From positions 5,830,001 through 5,894,000 of the forward strand of contig NC_087438.1 in assembly GCF_036321535.1 (NCBI RefSeq): a DNA stretch of 64,000 nt. The letters are read 5' to 3'. Below are positions 26,440 through 39,375 of the stretch, piece after piece. The notes beneath the pieces are model-generated. The model saw nothing but the letters and a program-made list of their open reading frames with translations, did not search any database and was not told the origin of the DNA. The stretch's first letter is position 1; each line of letters starts with the position of its first letter. The DNA is from Camelus dromedarius (taxonomy: Eukaryota). Position numbers and translations under genes: made by a program.

Positions 26440-27640
26440 GCTGATACCAAAACCAAAGACATCTGAAGAAAACTACAGACAAATAACTCTTATGAATATA
26501 GACACAAAAATTCTCAGCAAAATGCCAGCAAACCAAATGCAGTGACATCTAAAAAGGACTATACACCATGACCAAGTGTGATTTATCTGAGGAATGCAAG
26601 GTAGATATAACATCTAAAAATTAATTAATGTAATATGCCATATTAATAGAGACAAAGAAACAAGCATGTCAATTTATACAGAAAAAATTATTTGACAAAA
26701 TTCAACAGCCCTTCATGATGAAAACACTTGGCAAATTAGAAATAGAGAGAAACTTCCTTAATCTGATAAAGAGTATATATTAAAAAAAAGATTAAAATTA
26801 AATAATGTCAGGCTTAATGGTGAAAGACTGATACTTTCCTCATAATATCAGGAACAAGACAAGCATGTCTACTCTCATTATTTCTAGTCAACATTGTATT
26901 GGAGGTCTAGCAGGGCAGTTAGGCAAGAATATTAAATAAAAGTTATACAAATGGGAAAGAAAGAAGAAATATTATCTTTATTTACAGGTAGCAGGATCTT
27001 ATATATGAAAAATCCCAAGGAATTTGCTAAAAAAAACTATTAGAACTAATAAAAGAGTTCAGCATGGTTGTGATATATAAGCTCACAACTGTATTTCTAT
27101 ACACTTGCAAGGAACCATCTAAATACGAAATTAAGAAAAATTTTCATTTATAATAGCATCAAAAAATAAAATTCTTAGAAACAAATTTAATAAAAGGAAT
27201 GTAAATGTTATACTCTAAAAATTAGAAAGTACTGTTGAAACAAAGAAGACCTAAATAAATGGAAAGATATCCCATGTTCATGGATCAGAAGTCTTAATAA
27301 TGTTAAGATGGCAATACTTCCCAAATTGATCTAGGGATTCAATGCAATTCTTACCAAAATCTCAGCTGGCATTTTTACAGAAACTGACAAGCATATCCTA
27401 AAATTCATATGGAAATACAAAGAAGGCTTGAAAAGGAACAAAGTTGAAGGACTCATATTTTCCACTTTAAAAACTTACTATAAAGCTATAGTAATCAAGA
27501 CAATGTTGTATTAGAATAAGAATAGACATATAGATCAATGGATATAATTGAGAGTCTAGAAGTAACCCCCCACATTTATGGTCAATTGATTTTTGATAGA
27601 AGTGCCAAGACAATTCAAGAGGGAAAGAATAATCTTGTGG
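26440..27640 (+). mobile_element. L1M ORF2 reverse-transcriptase region, decayed
   Basis: aaaactacagacaaataactcttatgaatatagacacaaaaattctc (NYRxIxLMNIDxKIL), accatgaccaagtg (HDQV) and aaatggaaagatatcccatgttcatggatc ([10 protein letters not shown]). Many stops and frameshifts. Confidence 0.92.
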
Positions 27641-27854
27641 ACCCCATGGTGTTGGCTACAGAAACAATTTGGGAGAGGCTGAATGATTTCCAGAGAAGAA
27701 AACATTGATGAGAAACTGACATGGTAAACTAGCAAAACGTTGAGACTCAGATTTCCACATTTCATTTCTAGACCTGCTTTAATCTTATTTCCCTTTTCAG
27801 AAAATGTTTGTCAGAGTCCCCAAAACTCAGAGCCAATAGATTAGTCATTAAAAG

Positions 27855-28255
27855 TATGGGGGAAGAAGAATAATTTTTCTTCTCCCTTACTACGTTCTTG
27901 CCTGAGACACCTACTATAATAAAAGATAGATTAACAGGAGAAAAACAAACAGAAGTTTCGCAACATGTACAGCTCCTGAATACATGGGAGATACTGAGGA
28001 AAACTGAATAATTTCCTGAAATGGCCCAAGTCACCACCTTAAGTAACATTTCTAACTGAAGATTAAAAAAAAGATACTTGGTGGGGATGAGAGGGTTGGG
28101 TAATTTCTACTCAGAAGTGAAAATATCATTTACAAAAGGGTAACATACTCATTTTTCAGAGCTTCTATGTCTATTGTTTCTTAAAAATAATCAGCCTAAA
28201 ATAATCATTATGCCAGAAAGGCATATTTTGAGGTGGTAAATTCTGCTCCCTTTCA
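27855..28255 (-). mobile_element. MER34-like ERV1 LTR
   Basis: Ends ggcatattttgaggtggtaaattctgctccctttca, the reverse complement of the recalled MER34 5' end. A short L1MA 3' tail follows at 28257-28338. Confidence 0.75.
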
Positions 28256-29041
28256 AAAATACCTCAAATCACATTGTACATTTTAAATGTAAACAATTAT
28301 ATTTGTAAATTATTCATGATTAAAGTTGAGGGAAAAAAGTACTCAAGCATCTGAAAAGAAATCAAATGTGAAGAGAAATATTACCTAAAGAGAACACTTA
28401 CAATGATTAGGCAAAATTATACATCCCATTTTTATGGGTTTTTATGCTGCTCTTGAGTAATTTTTACATCCTCAGAAGCACTTTGATGGTGTCCTCTAAA
28501 TCATCTAAACAATGTTGGAGATGACTTTTTTCCAAAACCAAACAGAAGATACTTGGAGAAAATGAAATTTAAGAGCAGTTTAATAAAAGAGAAGTTAATT
28601 TTCTTCCTTAGAAGTCACGAATACTTTGTAAGAACAGTAAGAGAAAATGGTTTCACATAACTCAGGAATTGATGTGGAGGTAAAATTAAGGAGCAATTCA
28701 TTCTTCTTCCCACCAATTACCCCTCATCAGCCATTTCTGGGGTTGGGAATGATGAAAAGAAGAGGTGATAGACATTTGGCATTTTACACTCCTGAGATGG
28801 AGGTAGTGAAATTTAAGGTAGCAAGAGTCTCCACACATTTCCACCATGCTCTGCGCTTCCAAACTAAAGGTCAAGTAACCTCACTCCATTAACTTTCCCT
28901 AATAGCAGACAGGCATCATGAGACTCGAGGTAGAGAAGCAGCCCTTCTATCTACTGATGATAGACATAAATACAAGCCTGTCTGCATGAACAGTATCTCC
29001 ATTGGCTGCCATGACCAGCTTATAATGTGGGACAATTAATT

Positions 29042-29285
29042 ACAGTGGTTGGGCTCGGGAGCTGCGCAGTTCAATGGCTTGGTGTGGAGACTTGCCTTTG
29101 CCACTGACTAGGTAACTAGTATTTGCAAGTCACATAACCCCTCCTAATCTCAATATCCTCACTTGTAACTTGGAGATTATATTAGTGCATAACTTGGAAG
29201 CTGCTTAGAAGATTACATGAGATAATGCATATATAGCTGTTAGCACAGTTAACATTACCAAATCACTCAAAACATTAACTGCCAT
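29042..29285 (+). mobile_element. MIR SINE
   Basis: ccactgactag...gcaagtcacataacc...gattacatgagataatgcat...ttagcacagt, the MIR core and tail. Confidence 0.75.
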
Positions 29286-29635
29286 TTAATTGCCCTTTTT
29301 GTCATGCTTATCAACTAATTCTGCATTCTAGCATTGTTTTTAAATACAAGCTGCAATCACAGTTTAAAAAAAATATTATACAAAACACAAACTATACTGC
29401 CCACCTTGACAAATGAATTTCTTCCTTAGTAACTGATGGTCTCAGTGATGTTTCCTTTAGTGACCAAGACTGTCCCAGTGATATACTGATACTTTCCTTG
29501 ATGTGATAAATGATATATGTGAGCAATATTTTAAAAACTAATAACATGTGGGAATTCTAAAAATTATTGATCCGATATGTGTAAGTTAGAATTTTTACTT
29601 TAAGAAGAAACACAATCACTTTCCATTCTTGTGCC

Positions 29636-30175
29636 TGTGTCCAGGGTCTCCAAAATCATCCACAGGTTCAGTGATTTGTTAAAAGAACTCACATGACTCA
29701 GCATACAGTTATACTCGTAACTAAGACTTATTACAATGACAGCTACAAAGGACAAGGGGAAAGGACACATGGGGACGAGATCTGGGGGAAACCAGGCACA
29801 AAATTCCAAGGCCTCTCCCAATGGAGTCACACAAGACAAGGTTAATTCCTCCAGCAATGAGCTGTCATAATATGTAATGTGTCCTCTAACAAGGAAGCTC
29901 TTTAGAGACTCAGTGACCACGTTTTGGGGGGACTCATAGGCACCCTCCACTACCATGCATCGAAAATTTTAGTCTCCCAGAAGGAAAGCAGATCAGCATA
30001 AACTACATTGTTTGCATAAACGGTCTAGGCACATCATCACTTAGGAAAAGTTCTGTATCAGTGTAGGCCACTGTTCACCATTCAAGTTCCCAGAAGCCCA
30101 CAAAGCGCAAACTTGACAAACAGGTCCTTCTAAGGATCGCAGTCTCAGGCCTGCTGTATTAACTGTCTCTGCACA
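29636..30175 (-). mobile_element. MER21-family solo LTR
   Basis: TG...CA termini. Flanks gtgcc (29631-29635) and atgcc (30176-30180) form a 4/5 TSD. Internal ggaaaccaggcacaa...ggagtcacacaagac is typical of MER21. Confidence 0.85.
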
Positions 30176-33100
30176 ATGCCTTTTAGCATTTGTAGACACA
30201 ATTATTTAGACTTTTTAGTTATAGCTACTTTAAAAAAAAATCTGTATATAAGCTTTTCTTAAGCATACTGAATAAAACTGGTATTTGATATTATTTAAAT
30301 AGAAACTTACTTTCAGTTTTTTAAATGACTTAGATTAGAAAACAGAGGGAAGATTGATTTAGGAAAATGTACCCAAACAGTTAAAAGGAAGTAATTCTTA
30401 TTTCCATTTGGACATTAGCTGTACTTTTTTGACAGACTTTTCTTTTCCTATCTCAATTCAGTGCACTATCATTTTAAGTTAGAGTGCTTAGAAATAAAAA
30501 AAAATTGTACCTAGTGGAAAAATAAAACTTAAGTTCCACTTAATGAAAAATAGATCACCAAGTATTTTATATCATTCTTGAGGGCTATTTACTATGTTCA
30601 TAACTGTCTTGATCACAGAGTATTGTTCTAACTATGACTTTTTCTGTTATTGACTTACTTTAAAAAATTAACCTTAAACTATAGTTAATAATACTGCATG
30701 CTCATTTGAAAGTTACCAGGAAAGCAGATCTTAAAAAAAGAAGTAATCCTTTCTAGATTCTAGATTCCAAGTGATATTTAAAAAAAATTATTCAGTATAA
30801 GTTAAAGCATAGAGTAAAAATGCCCTATGGCATTAAAACTTTTATCACTTAATATCTCATGTCTTAATTTAGGGAAATAGAGCTCCATTTTATTTTTATA
30901 ATTATCATTGTTATTATTTTCACTAGTACTTTTACTGGTTTTAACATATATCAAGAAGACTAAGGTATGAGAAGTAAAGAGCTTAATAAAACAGTAAAGT
31001 AAATTATGTAATTAATATTTATTAATTATATAACTAATAATATTAATCACACCAGGGCCCAGTACTGTTTAGTCTAAATTCATCAGGAGTGAGGATAAGC
31101 AGGCCTGACTTCAGCTCCACTGCTCACTTGTCTGTACTGTATGTTACACGTATCTTGATGTTTGTGCTAGTAAAATTCAGTTCTGTGGAACTGAAAGGAT
31201 ATTGCTAAACTCAGATGAATTTGTACCTTAAAAACTATGAAGGTCAGTGTAAGTATATTATCCTTTTATTATCTCAGCTGTCAAATATTTTTACTTTCAT
31301 ATTTAATATAATTCCTATTTTTCTGCATATAATTTTTAAGTTATAAGTTATATAACTTACAAGTTATTTTCTGTGTCAAGTTGTCAGCTATTTGCATGCA
31401 TCTAGAAAGCAGAGGTGGCTGTCTATAATTTTATATCCATACAGGAATTAATGTGAATATATTTTTATCAACATATCCAACTTCGTTTGACACTTTCAAC
31501 ATGCCAAATTCAGTAATAAACCAGCCAAAATTCATGTTCTTTCCACAGATTTCCCCAATTCTGCAGCATCTGAGAAGTCCTAAAAAGCCTATTTACTCAG
31601 CACCAAAGTTCTAAATAGAAAAGAGAGTGATTAAATGATAAGGAAAGATTATGTTCTTATTTCCAAGAACTTTAAAGAAGCAAGGCTTTGTGGCTACTGA
31701 TCAACATGCAACCCACGAAGGCATTTTATTTAAGCTGTGAACTGATGCCACTCAACTCCCCACTTCATGGTCTTGTTTTGTTTCGTTTTCCATATGGTGT
31801 AATTAGCCCTTTGCATCATATTATTTTAAATTAACACAATGGAGCCCATTTCCTGATAGTCAACAAAACCTTTAAGCTTAAAGGTTAGCCAGAGCTCCCA
31901 AGTGCAACATAATTTTATTTTAATTATTTATTGAATGTATAATGTGTGCTGCAGCAAGGCAGAGAGGTATGTATTCAGGGTCACTGCATAACTGACCTTT
32001 TTTACTTTACTAATTAAAGTCTCTCTGTCTGGAGTTCAAGGCAACTGCATTTTAGGCTAACCTCTACTGCAAAGTAAATACTATCAGAGTGAAGTGTCTC
32101 AGTAGCCAAAGTATGGAATGGTAGATTTGAGATTTATTATGTTATATTTTAAGATGTAGAACTTCATGTGTCAAAGTAAAATATTGCTGGATTGTTTATT
32201 ACTATAAGGCAAAGTCTACCATAATTCATATCGTTTTCAATTGGGTGTAATGGAGTTAAAAACATAGTAAAAGACTGCTTCTGTTCTTGAAACCATTTAT
32301 CCCAACACAATCACATAGTTATACTTTTATCCTAATAGATACTAACATGGACACAAGATGGCAACAAATGGTGACTGGGGACAAAAGGCAACTTGGAATC
32401 CCAATCACTCACTGCTGTCTGGTCGACCAACAAAGGCAAGGTGACTTTCCTGGATTCCAGACTTCATCCTTCTTCACTGACCCAACATACTGCTCATGAC
32501 TCATGAAAGCCTGCTTAACCATGGCCACACACAGAGCTCAAGAAATAGCCATTTATAGTGGGGACAGGCAGGCAGATGAAGCGGAACCAGCAGAACAGTC
32601 ACAGAGGGAGGGGAAGAATCAGAACAGATGGTGTTCTGTAAGTCAAGTAAGGAGACAATCCCCATGATACTCAAGTGGTCAACACAACTTGACTTTTTTG
32701 TTTGCTAAGAGGAACTGAGCAGCTAGTTGGATATAAGACTCAGTCATTTATAGAACACCAGTCATCAGCTCTCTCCAAGAGTCACCATTTACTATTTTGC
32801 CTCCTGCTCTGGGAAGAACTTCAAAGAAGTCAAAATAATATTTACACAGACAGGGCCCAGGTAATGTGCTTAATCCTGGCTGGATTTCTAACAGCACAGA
32901 GATGTGGGGGCTGCAAGAAAATGGGCCCAGAATGTGTTTGGGAAAGGCTGTTTGACTCAGCTTGATGGTGAGCAGCAAGGAAATGCTGCATGAGCTGTGA
33001 GATGCACCATAAAATTCATCACAATCACTTTGATTCCTTGGTAATACAGACAAATAAAATAGACCAACTTTTTAAATGGTCATCTGCAAGGTTTCTCCAA

Positions 33101-36100
33101 TTTGCGTTTGTTCAAGTAAATTAAACTGTGAGAAAATAACTTGTCTCCAAACTTGGATACCTTTTCTAAAGTCCTAACCCAAGATATCAAACTGATTCTT
33201 TTAGGGTATTTTTTTCAAAAAATATTAAAAATGCTGTAATCATTAAAATGAAAAGATCGAGAAGTTAGTTAAGACAAAAAACTTTTAATTTGTAGAGGTG
33301 ATAAAGTTAGAATTGTCAAGCTAGTCTAAACAATCATAAAAAGCTGTTTGGGAATTCAGCTTCCAGAACTTCTTATGTGCCTGCCCTGAGTCACTACAAA
33401 TGGTTTGGAGACGGAATCTAAAACTCTGTGCATCCACAGTTCTGCCCTGCTAGAAGGTACCTTCACTCTCCGTAAACACCTCTTCTCCCTGAGTTTAACA
33501 AACAATTTTACTAATGAGAAATAGAACCTGCAGAAGGGTTCTATGTATGTATGGGCACTTTCACTGCAAATTCTAACTCTGATTTGAATTAGCAACATCT
33601 TGATTATGTATGCCACGTAATTTTGATTTGTAAATAGCTATGAATTGAAAAAAAAGTAAACAAACAAAAAACAAGCCTGTGGAAGACCCCATTGCAGCCC
33701 CAGACATGATAAGACAGCCTGGGATCCTTGCTGCTACTGAGGCCTGAGTAATACCCTCACTAAAGAGTTCAGGAAGAAGGCTGGTCCAGTCATGAGATCC
33801 TTCAGAACAGTCACAGCATTCAAGCTTCCAGATGGTTGTACTGTTTAAAAAGCAAACAATGTTGTTGATAATTTCATTTAGAAGTCTGTAATTTGGGCAA
33901 CAGAACCAGATTTAGATTCTGTTCAAACATATTAAATGGAATAAAAATCTTTATACACCTTAAAAATATATATATATGTATATACATACACCTTTGTAGG
34001 CAGGTTTTGATTGAACAAGTTGACTCTTCTAGAATTAAACTACAAATCCAGTTTCATTACACATCATTAGAAGCTTCCAAAATCATGTCATTAGAAACGT
34101 AATAGAAACAAACATCATCTTCAAATGGCCACTGTCATGGAAAGAGTTATTGGTTGGTTCATTATCTGCTGTCCCCATTGAATGTAAGCTCCACGAGAGT
34201 AGGTTGCTGCCTGTCTATTCACCATCTTACTTATCAGTGCTCAGATGAACCACAAAATAGTAAAAATTCAATAAATTTTAGTGACTCAATGAATAAAATA
34301 AACTGATAAAGGCATAATTACAAAATGAGAAGTTTTATCAAGGAATATAAATGATTATTAGGATAAAATAAAGGATATTTTGTTTGAGAAAGTGCCAATT
34401 ATACTGAACCTGAAGAATGAATAGGTTGTTTGCTTGGCAAAGAATTGATGGGGATGGGGAGGGAGTGGGTAAAATTCCAGGCCAAGGGTGTCCAGCATGG
34501 AGGACCACAGGAAGGGAAAAGATAGGTGAGGACACAGAACTACAAGGAGCCCCCTGCAGCTGCCCTCCAGTACCTTGAGCTGTATGTGTAATTAGCAGAG
34601 ATGGGACATTACTGCATTACTTAATGTACTACTGCAATAAGTTATTTGGAAATTGAACAGGTCTAGTTGTCATACTTAATGAGTATTTCCCCCTAGATTT
34701 ATAACAAAATATTACTTTTTCCTAAGGGAATAAATACCAAGGGAATAGTTCCAAGAATGCTTTGATGTACCATTCTACAACAAAAATATTTTGCTATATT
34801 ATCTTTGAGCCAACAAGAAATCATCATGACAAACACAGGATTCTATTTCACTTAAAAATGTCATCTGACAAATGCTCTATTGTCTTAAATTACACAAAAT
34901 TACATTAAAATTACATTCAAACAATCATGAAAAATGGCTTATATTATGAAAAGTTAAGAAGCACTAGCAAAGGTACTAAGTATTGTCTTTGCAATTAAAG
35001 TAAACAAAGCGTGAAAAAAAAAAAAGAAAAATTAAGATTTCCTACAAGTAGCGCAGAAGATGAAGATAATGGAGCACTGTGTATTTTACTGCTTGTCAAG
35101 AAAAAAGGCAGACCCAAATCTTGGCATTGAAATCACATGTTTGGAATTTTAAACCTCAAATCAGAAGTTGGTAGAAAACTCCTTAGAGAGGGAAGAGCTC
35201 CAACCTGTGGCCAAACAGATGATACGGTGAGCACAGTCTGGCCCTGTTCCACACCCACAGTCACATGGGAAAAGTGGCTGTTAACCTCCGGGAAGGATGC
35301 ACCGTGGTCACTGGCTGCACCGTCTCGCACATCTGAATGAACGTCTGAGCATCCTGCAGGCTTCTTTCTGTCAGGCTCCTGCCTAGGCTCTGGGTCACAG
35401 TGCTGCCCTGCTGGAGGAGACAGGCCATTACTGGAACCAGTCCCACTGACACCCACAGCTGACCCTGGCCACCGCTGGTGGAGGCTGATTTGGAAGCTAA
35501 ATAAACCATAATGCATAACTGAAGTGTGCAAACATGCTGGCTTCTCCATTTTCCCCAAAGCCCCTTCCTTAGTGTCACTCTCATTTTAGCTTTGAACTCA
35601 TCATATTTGGGGAGTCTCTCAAATCCATCATAAAAGGAAATGATAAGAAGTGAAAAAAATATATAGAGTGGAAGTTATTGCTGACTTCAATTTGAATAGC
35701 ATATGCATAAAAACTCCTCAGCATATTTTAAGTCGCTTGGGAACTGTGTTTCTAAATGTGTATTATTGTATCTGTCGGATAAATCAGGTACCCAAATTGA
35801 AAATGCAGCAGTCGAGAACATCATATAGATTTATTACTATCCCTAGTGGAGCAATGGGCCTACATAAGGCCATGAAGAGAGAATTATGCTAGTTTCATCG
35901 GGAGAGCTTATAATATTGTTGTAGCATCATTCACACGGGCTGTAAAAATCTCTATCTTATTGCTTTATTTTGTTATTCCAAGTTTTAGGAAGTAATAAGC
36001 TTACTTAGACAATAGTAAATTTACTAGAAAGCTGAGGATCAGAGACAGGAGAGTGGACCCACGTTTGGTTCGGTAACATCAGTTAGGATTTGTGGTAACT

Positions 36101-36839
36101 GAAACTTTACAGAATATACCACATGCAGACATACTACAACTGGGTCTGAATATATTTTTAAAAATTTGTTTTTGATATTTTTATAGTGAAGCTCAGAGTT
36201 TACATTATTATTGTATTACTGCAGCCTCATATTTGAGCATGGTTTTAAAGCTATCCACAATAATTCCTAACTTGTAACTGATACCTATATGGGGAGGAGT
36301 TCATGGCTGTTTAATTGAGATGGCTGTACTTATATAGTGAAAAGTGGTAAAGAATCTTCCCTAACCACTCTTTTTTTCCTGTACCTGAATCCCTTTTCTA
36401 TTTCTCTAATGAATTTGGAAATTCTAGTATATACATTCTGCATACATTTCCAGATGCTGATAAACAGAGGTAATGTGAAAAAGGCAAGAATAAGGAAAAG
36501 AAAATCTAATCACTTATTAATGGTGATTATTGCCAAGACAAGCACTTTATACATTTCCAATAGAAGGAAGCTTATATTAAAACTTATTCATCACTACAAA
36601 GCAGTCAAGGTGGTATCATGAGTGTAAGTGAGCATACATATGTTAGCATAATTAGCTTGAACTGGTAAACCTAAAGAAAAGTCTAGGCACACATTTTATT
36701 TACATGGATTTTCCCACCAATCTGTCCCTTATCAGTAACTGAGGTGAAGATGTGGCCTTGATATTTTAATTAAGCTTTTCATCTCGAGTTCAATGCAGAA
36801 CATGTAGTTCTAAGGTGTATTACAGAGAGAGTCGGTGGC

Positions 36840-37478
36840 AATACCCTACAAAACTAGCGTGCAGTGCAGAACACTGACGCCGATGCTGTCCAGACAGGGA
36901 ACCCTGTCCTACAAGGATCCCTCCTCTCAGCCTCCTGCTGCCATGCCTGTCTCCCCCCCTCCTCTCCCTGCCCCAGTCTCTGGCAACACCAATCTGTTCT
37001 CCATTTCCATACATTTGTCATTTCAAGAATGCTATATGAAAGGAATTGTGTGGTGTATAACTTCTTGGGATTGGCTCTATTCACTCAGAATAATTCCCTG
37101 CAGATCCATGTTGCTGAATACTAGCAGTTCATGTTTTTATTGCAGAGTAGTATTCGTGGGATAAATGATAAAGCGTGGAATTGCTGGGATGTATGACATT
37201 TACAGGCTTAATTTTATATAAATCTGCTAAACGGTTTTCCAGAATGGCTACACATTTTTGATTCCCATCGACAATGTACGTATATTTAGTTTTTTTTGCA
37301 TCCTTGTAAACATGTGGTGTTGTCACAACCTGTCATTTTAGCCATTCTAATACATATGTAGTATTTTCTCATCGTGGTTTTAATTTGCATTTCCTTAATG
37401 CCTAAAAATGTTGGACATTTTTTCATGTGTTTATTTGCCATTGGCATATTCTTTTAGGTGAAATCTCTCTTCATGTTT
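36840..37478 (-). mobile_element. L1MC/L1MD 3' end
   Basis: tctggcaacaccaatctgttctccatttc...gtggttttaatttgcatttcctta. Confidence 0.8.
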
Positions 37479-37589
37479 GTAAAATTATAGAACTTTTAGT
37501 TTTCTGAGGAAATCCTTTTTGCTCCATTGGGCAGCACTGGCAGGGACTAGAAGGGCTCAAGTGGTATCACATAAACCAAACAGATAAAA

Positions 37590-38413
37590 TAAAGCAACAC
37601 CCTTAATACAATAAAAAGTAAACTACCACTGGAACCGCAGCCCTCAGAAGCAGTTTAGGACCTGCATGCTAAACCTGCGCAGAGTGGATGCCTACCAAAA
37701 TAAGCCACCTAAATAATATCGGAGTCTCCTAACAGAGTAAGCAAAATGTCTAGGATATAGTCAAAATTCACCTGTCATACCAGAACCAAGAAAATCACAA
37801 CTTGAATGGGGAAAAAAAAAAATCAATCAATCAGTTGACAACAGCCCTATGATAAATCACATGTTGGATTCATCTGACAAGGATTTCAAAGTAGCCATCA
37901 CAACAACTTCCACAATCTATCACACTTCCTCTGAAAACAAATGAAAATACAGAAAATCTCATCAATAAAATAGAAGTCATAAGAAAGAACCAAGTGAAAT
38001 TATAGAGCTGAAAAATGCAAATTTAAAAAACTCACTGGATGGGGTCTGTAGCAGACTGGAAATGACAGAGGATGAACTTGAGGACAAATCAACAGAGTTC
38101 ACCCAATCTGAATAACAAAGAGAAAATAGACTTACTAGAAAATGGAGCAGAGATTCAGGGACCTGTGGGACAACAACAAAAGACCCAAAATATTTATTTT
38201 CAGAACCCAAAAGAGAGGGGAGAGAGGATGAGACTAATAGAGTATTTGAAAAAATGACTGAAAATTTCCAAAATACGGAAAAGATATACAATCACAGATT
38301 CAAGAAGTTGAGAAAATCCAAATAGGAAAAGCCAAATAAACCTACACCAAAACACAGCATAATTAAACTTCTGGAAACTAAAGACAAAGAAAAAATCTTG
38401 AAAGCAGCCAGAG
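37590..38413 (+). mobile_element. L1M 5' region / ORF1 fragment
   Basis: tctgacaaggatttcaaagtagcc, ttcagggacctgtgggacaac and aaaaatcttgaaagcagccagag (KILKAAR) are ORF1 signatures. Confidence 0.82.
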
Positions 38414-38559
38414 GCATTTTCCCAAAAATGAGAAGAAATTGCTGACAAAATTGTGTAGTTTTACCTTCAATGAGGAAACTCAAGAAATTTGAGAATGATA
38501 TAGACTTCTAATTAAATTCTATTTTTAACATTTGAACTAAGCTGAAGATCTCCAGGAAC

Positions 38560-39375
38560 TGACCAGCAGTTGAATAATTTGGGTTTAGTACTTGCTGCAG
38601 CAAAGATGAGCATGTGCCACGGAGAATAGTGGGTGTCTCTGTAAGAAAGCGTTAAAATGAAGCTACACAGATACACAGTATGTAGATTTTGGTTAGGTGA
38701 TTCAGGGTAGGATCAAGGGACTTGCTGTAGATTGGATCCTATCAGTAAGCTGGGGTGATTCTATGATTAGATAAAGAAGTAACAGTCACTCACTTGGCAA
38801 ACAAAAAGGGTGTGTTTGGTGTTCTGTGGGTGGCATATTGACTTTCTCAGTCACTTTGGGATGCTAGAGCAGAATGCCACAGACTGGGTGGCTTAAAGCA
38901 GCAGAAATTTATTTCTCACAGTTCTGGAGGCTGGGAAGTCCAAGATTAAGGTACCAGGATGGTCAAGATCTGGTGAGAGCCCTCTTCTGGGCTGTAGAAT
39001 ACCGATTTCTCACTGTGTCCTCACAGAGTGGAAAGAGACTGACAGAGCACTCTGGGGACACCAATCCCATTCATGAGGGCTCTACTCCCAAGAACCAAAA
39101 ACCTCCAAAAGACCCACCTCCTGGTACCATCACACTGAGAGTAGGATTTCAACATATGAATTTGGTGGGGACACAGTTCATAGCTGCGACCTTCTTTTTT
39201 GCCCATGTTTAGACAAAATTATAAAGTGGCCTTGTTTTGTCTCACTGTATCATATGTAGCATCAGAGTAATTCAGTTTTCTATGAACTTGTTTATATCCA
39301 ACAGGAGGGTAACACGGTCCAGCTGTGAGTGCCAGGCCAATTTCCAGATGTTAGGAGCTGCTCTTTCTTTCTTTT
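38560..39375 (-). mobile_element. MER89/MER90-like ERV1 LTR interrupted by MLT1A
   Basis: The right part agctgtgagtgccaggccaatttccagatgttaggagctgct matches the reverse of a MER89/90-type 5' end. The element is split by the insertion at 38843-39185. Confidence 0.6.
38843..39185 (-). mobile_element. MLT1A-type MaLR solo LTR
   Basis: agactgggtggcttaaa...aaatttatttctcacagttctggaggctgggaagtccaagat...ggatttcaacatatgaattt. Confidence 0.9.

Noticed and set aside
26440..27640. Reverse transcriptase as part of a novel retroelement system
   Set aside because: An ordinary ancient LINE-1 ORF2 fragment with many stops and frameshifts.
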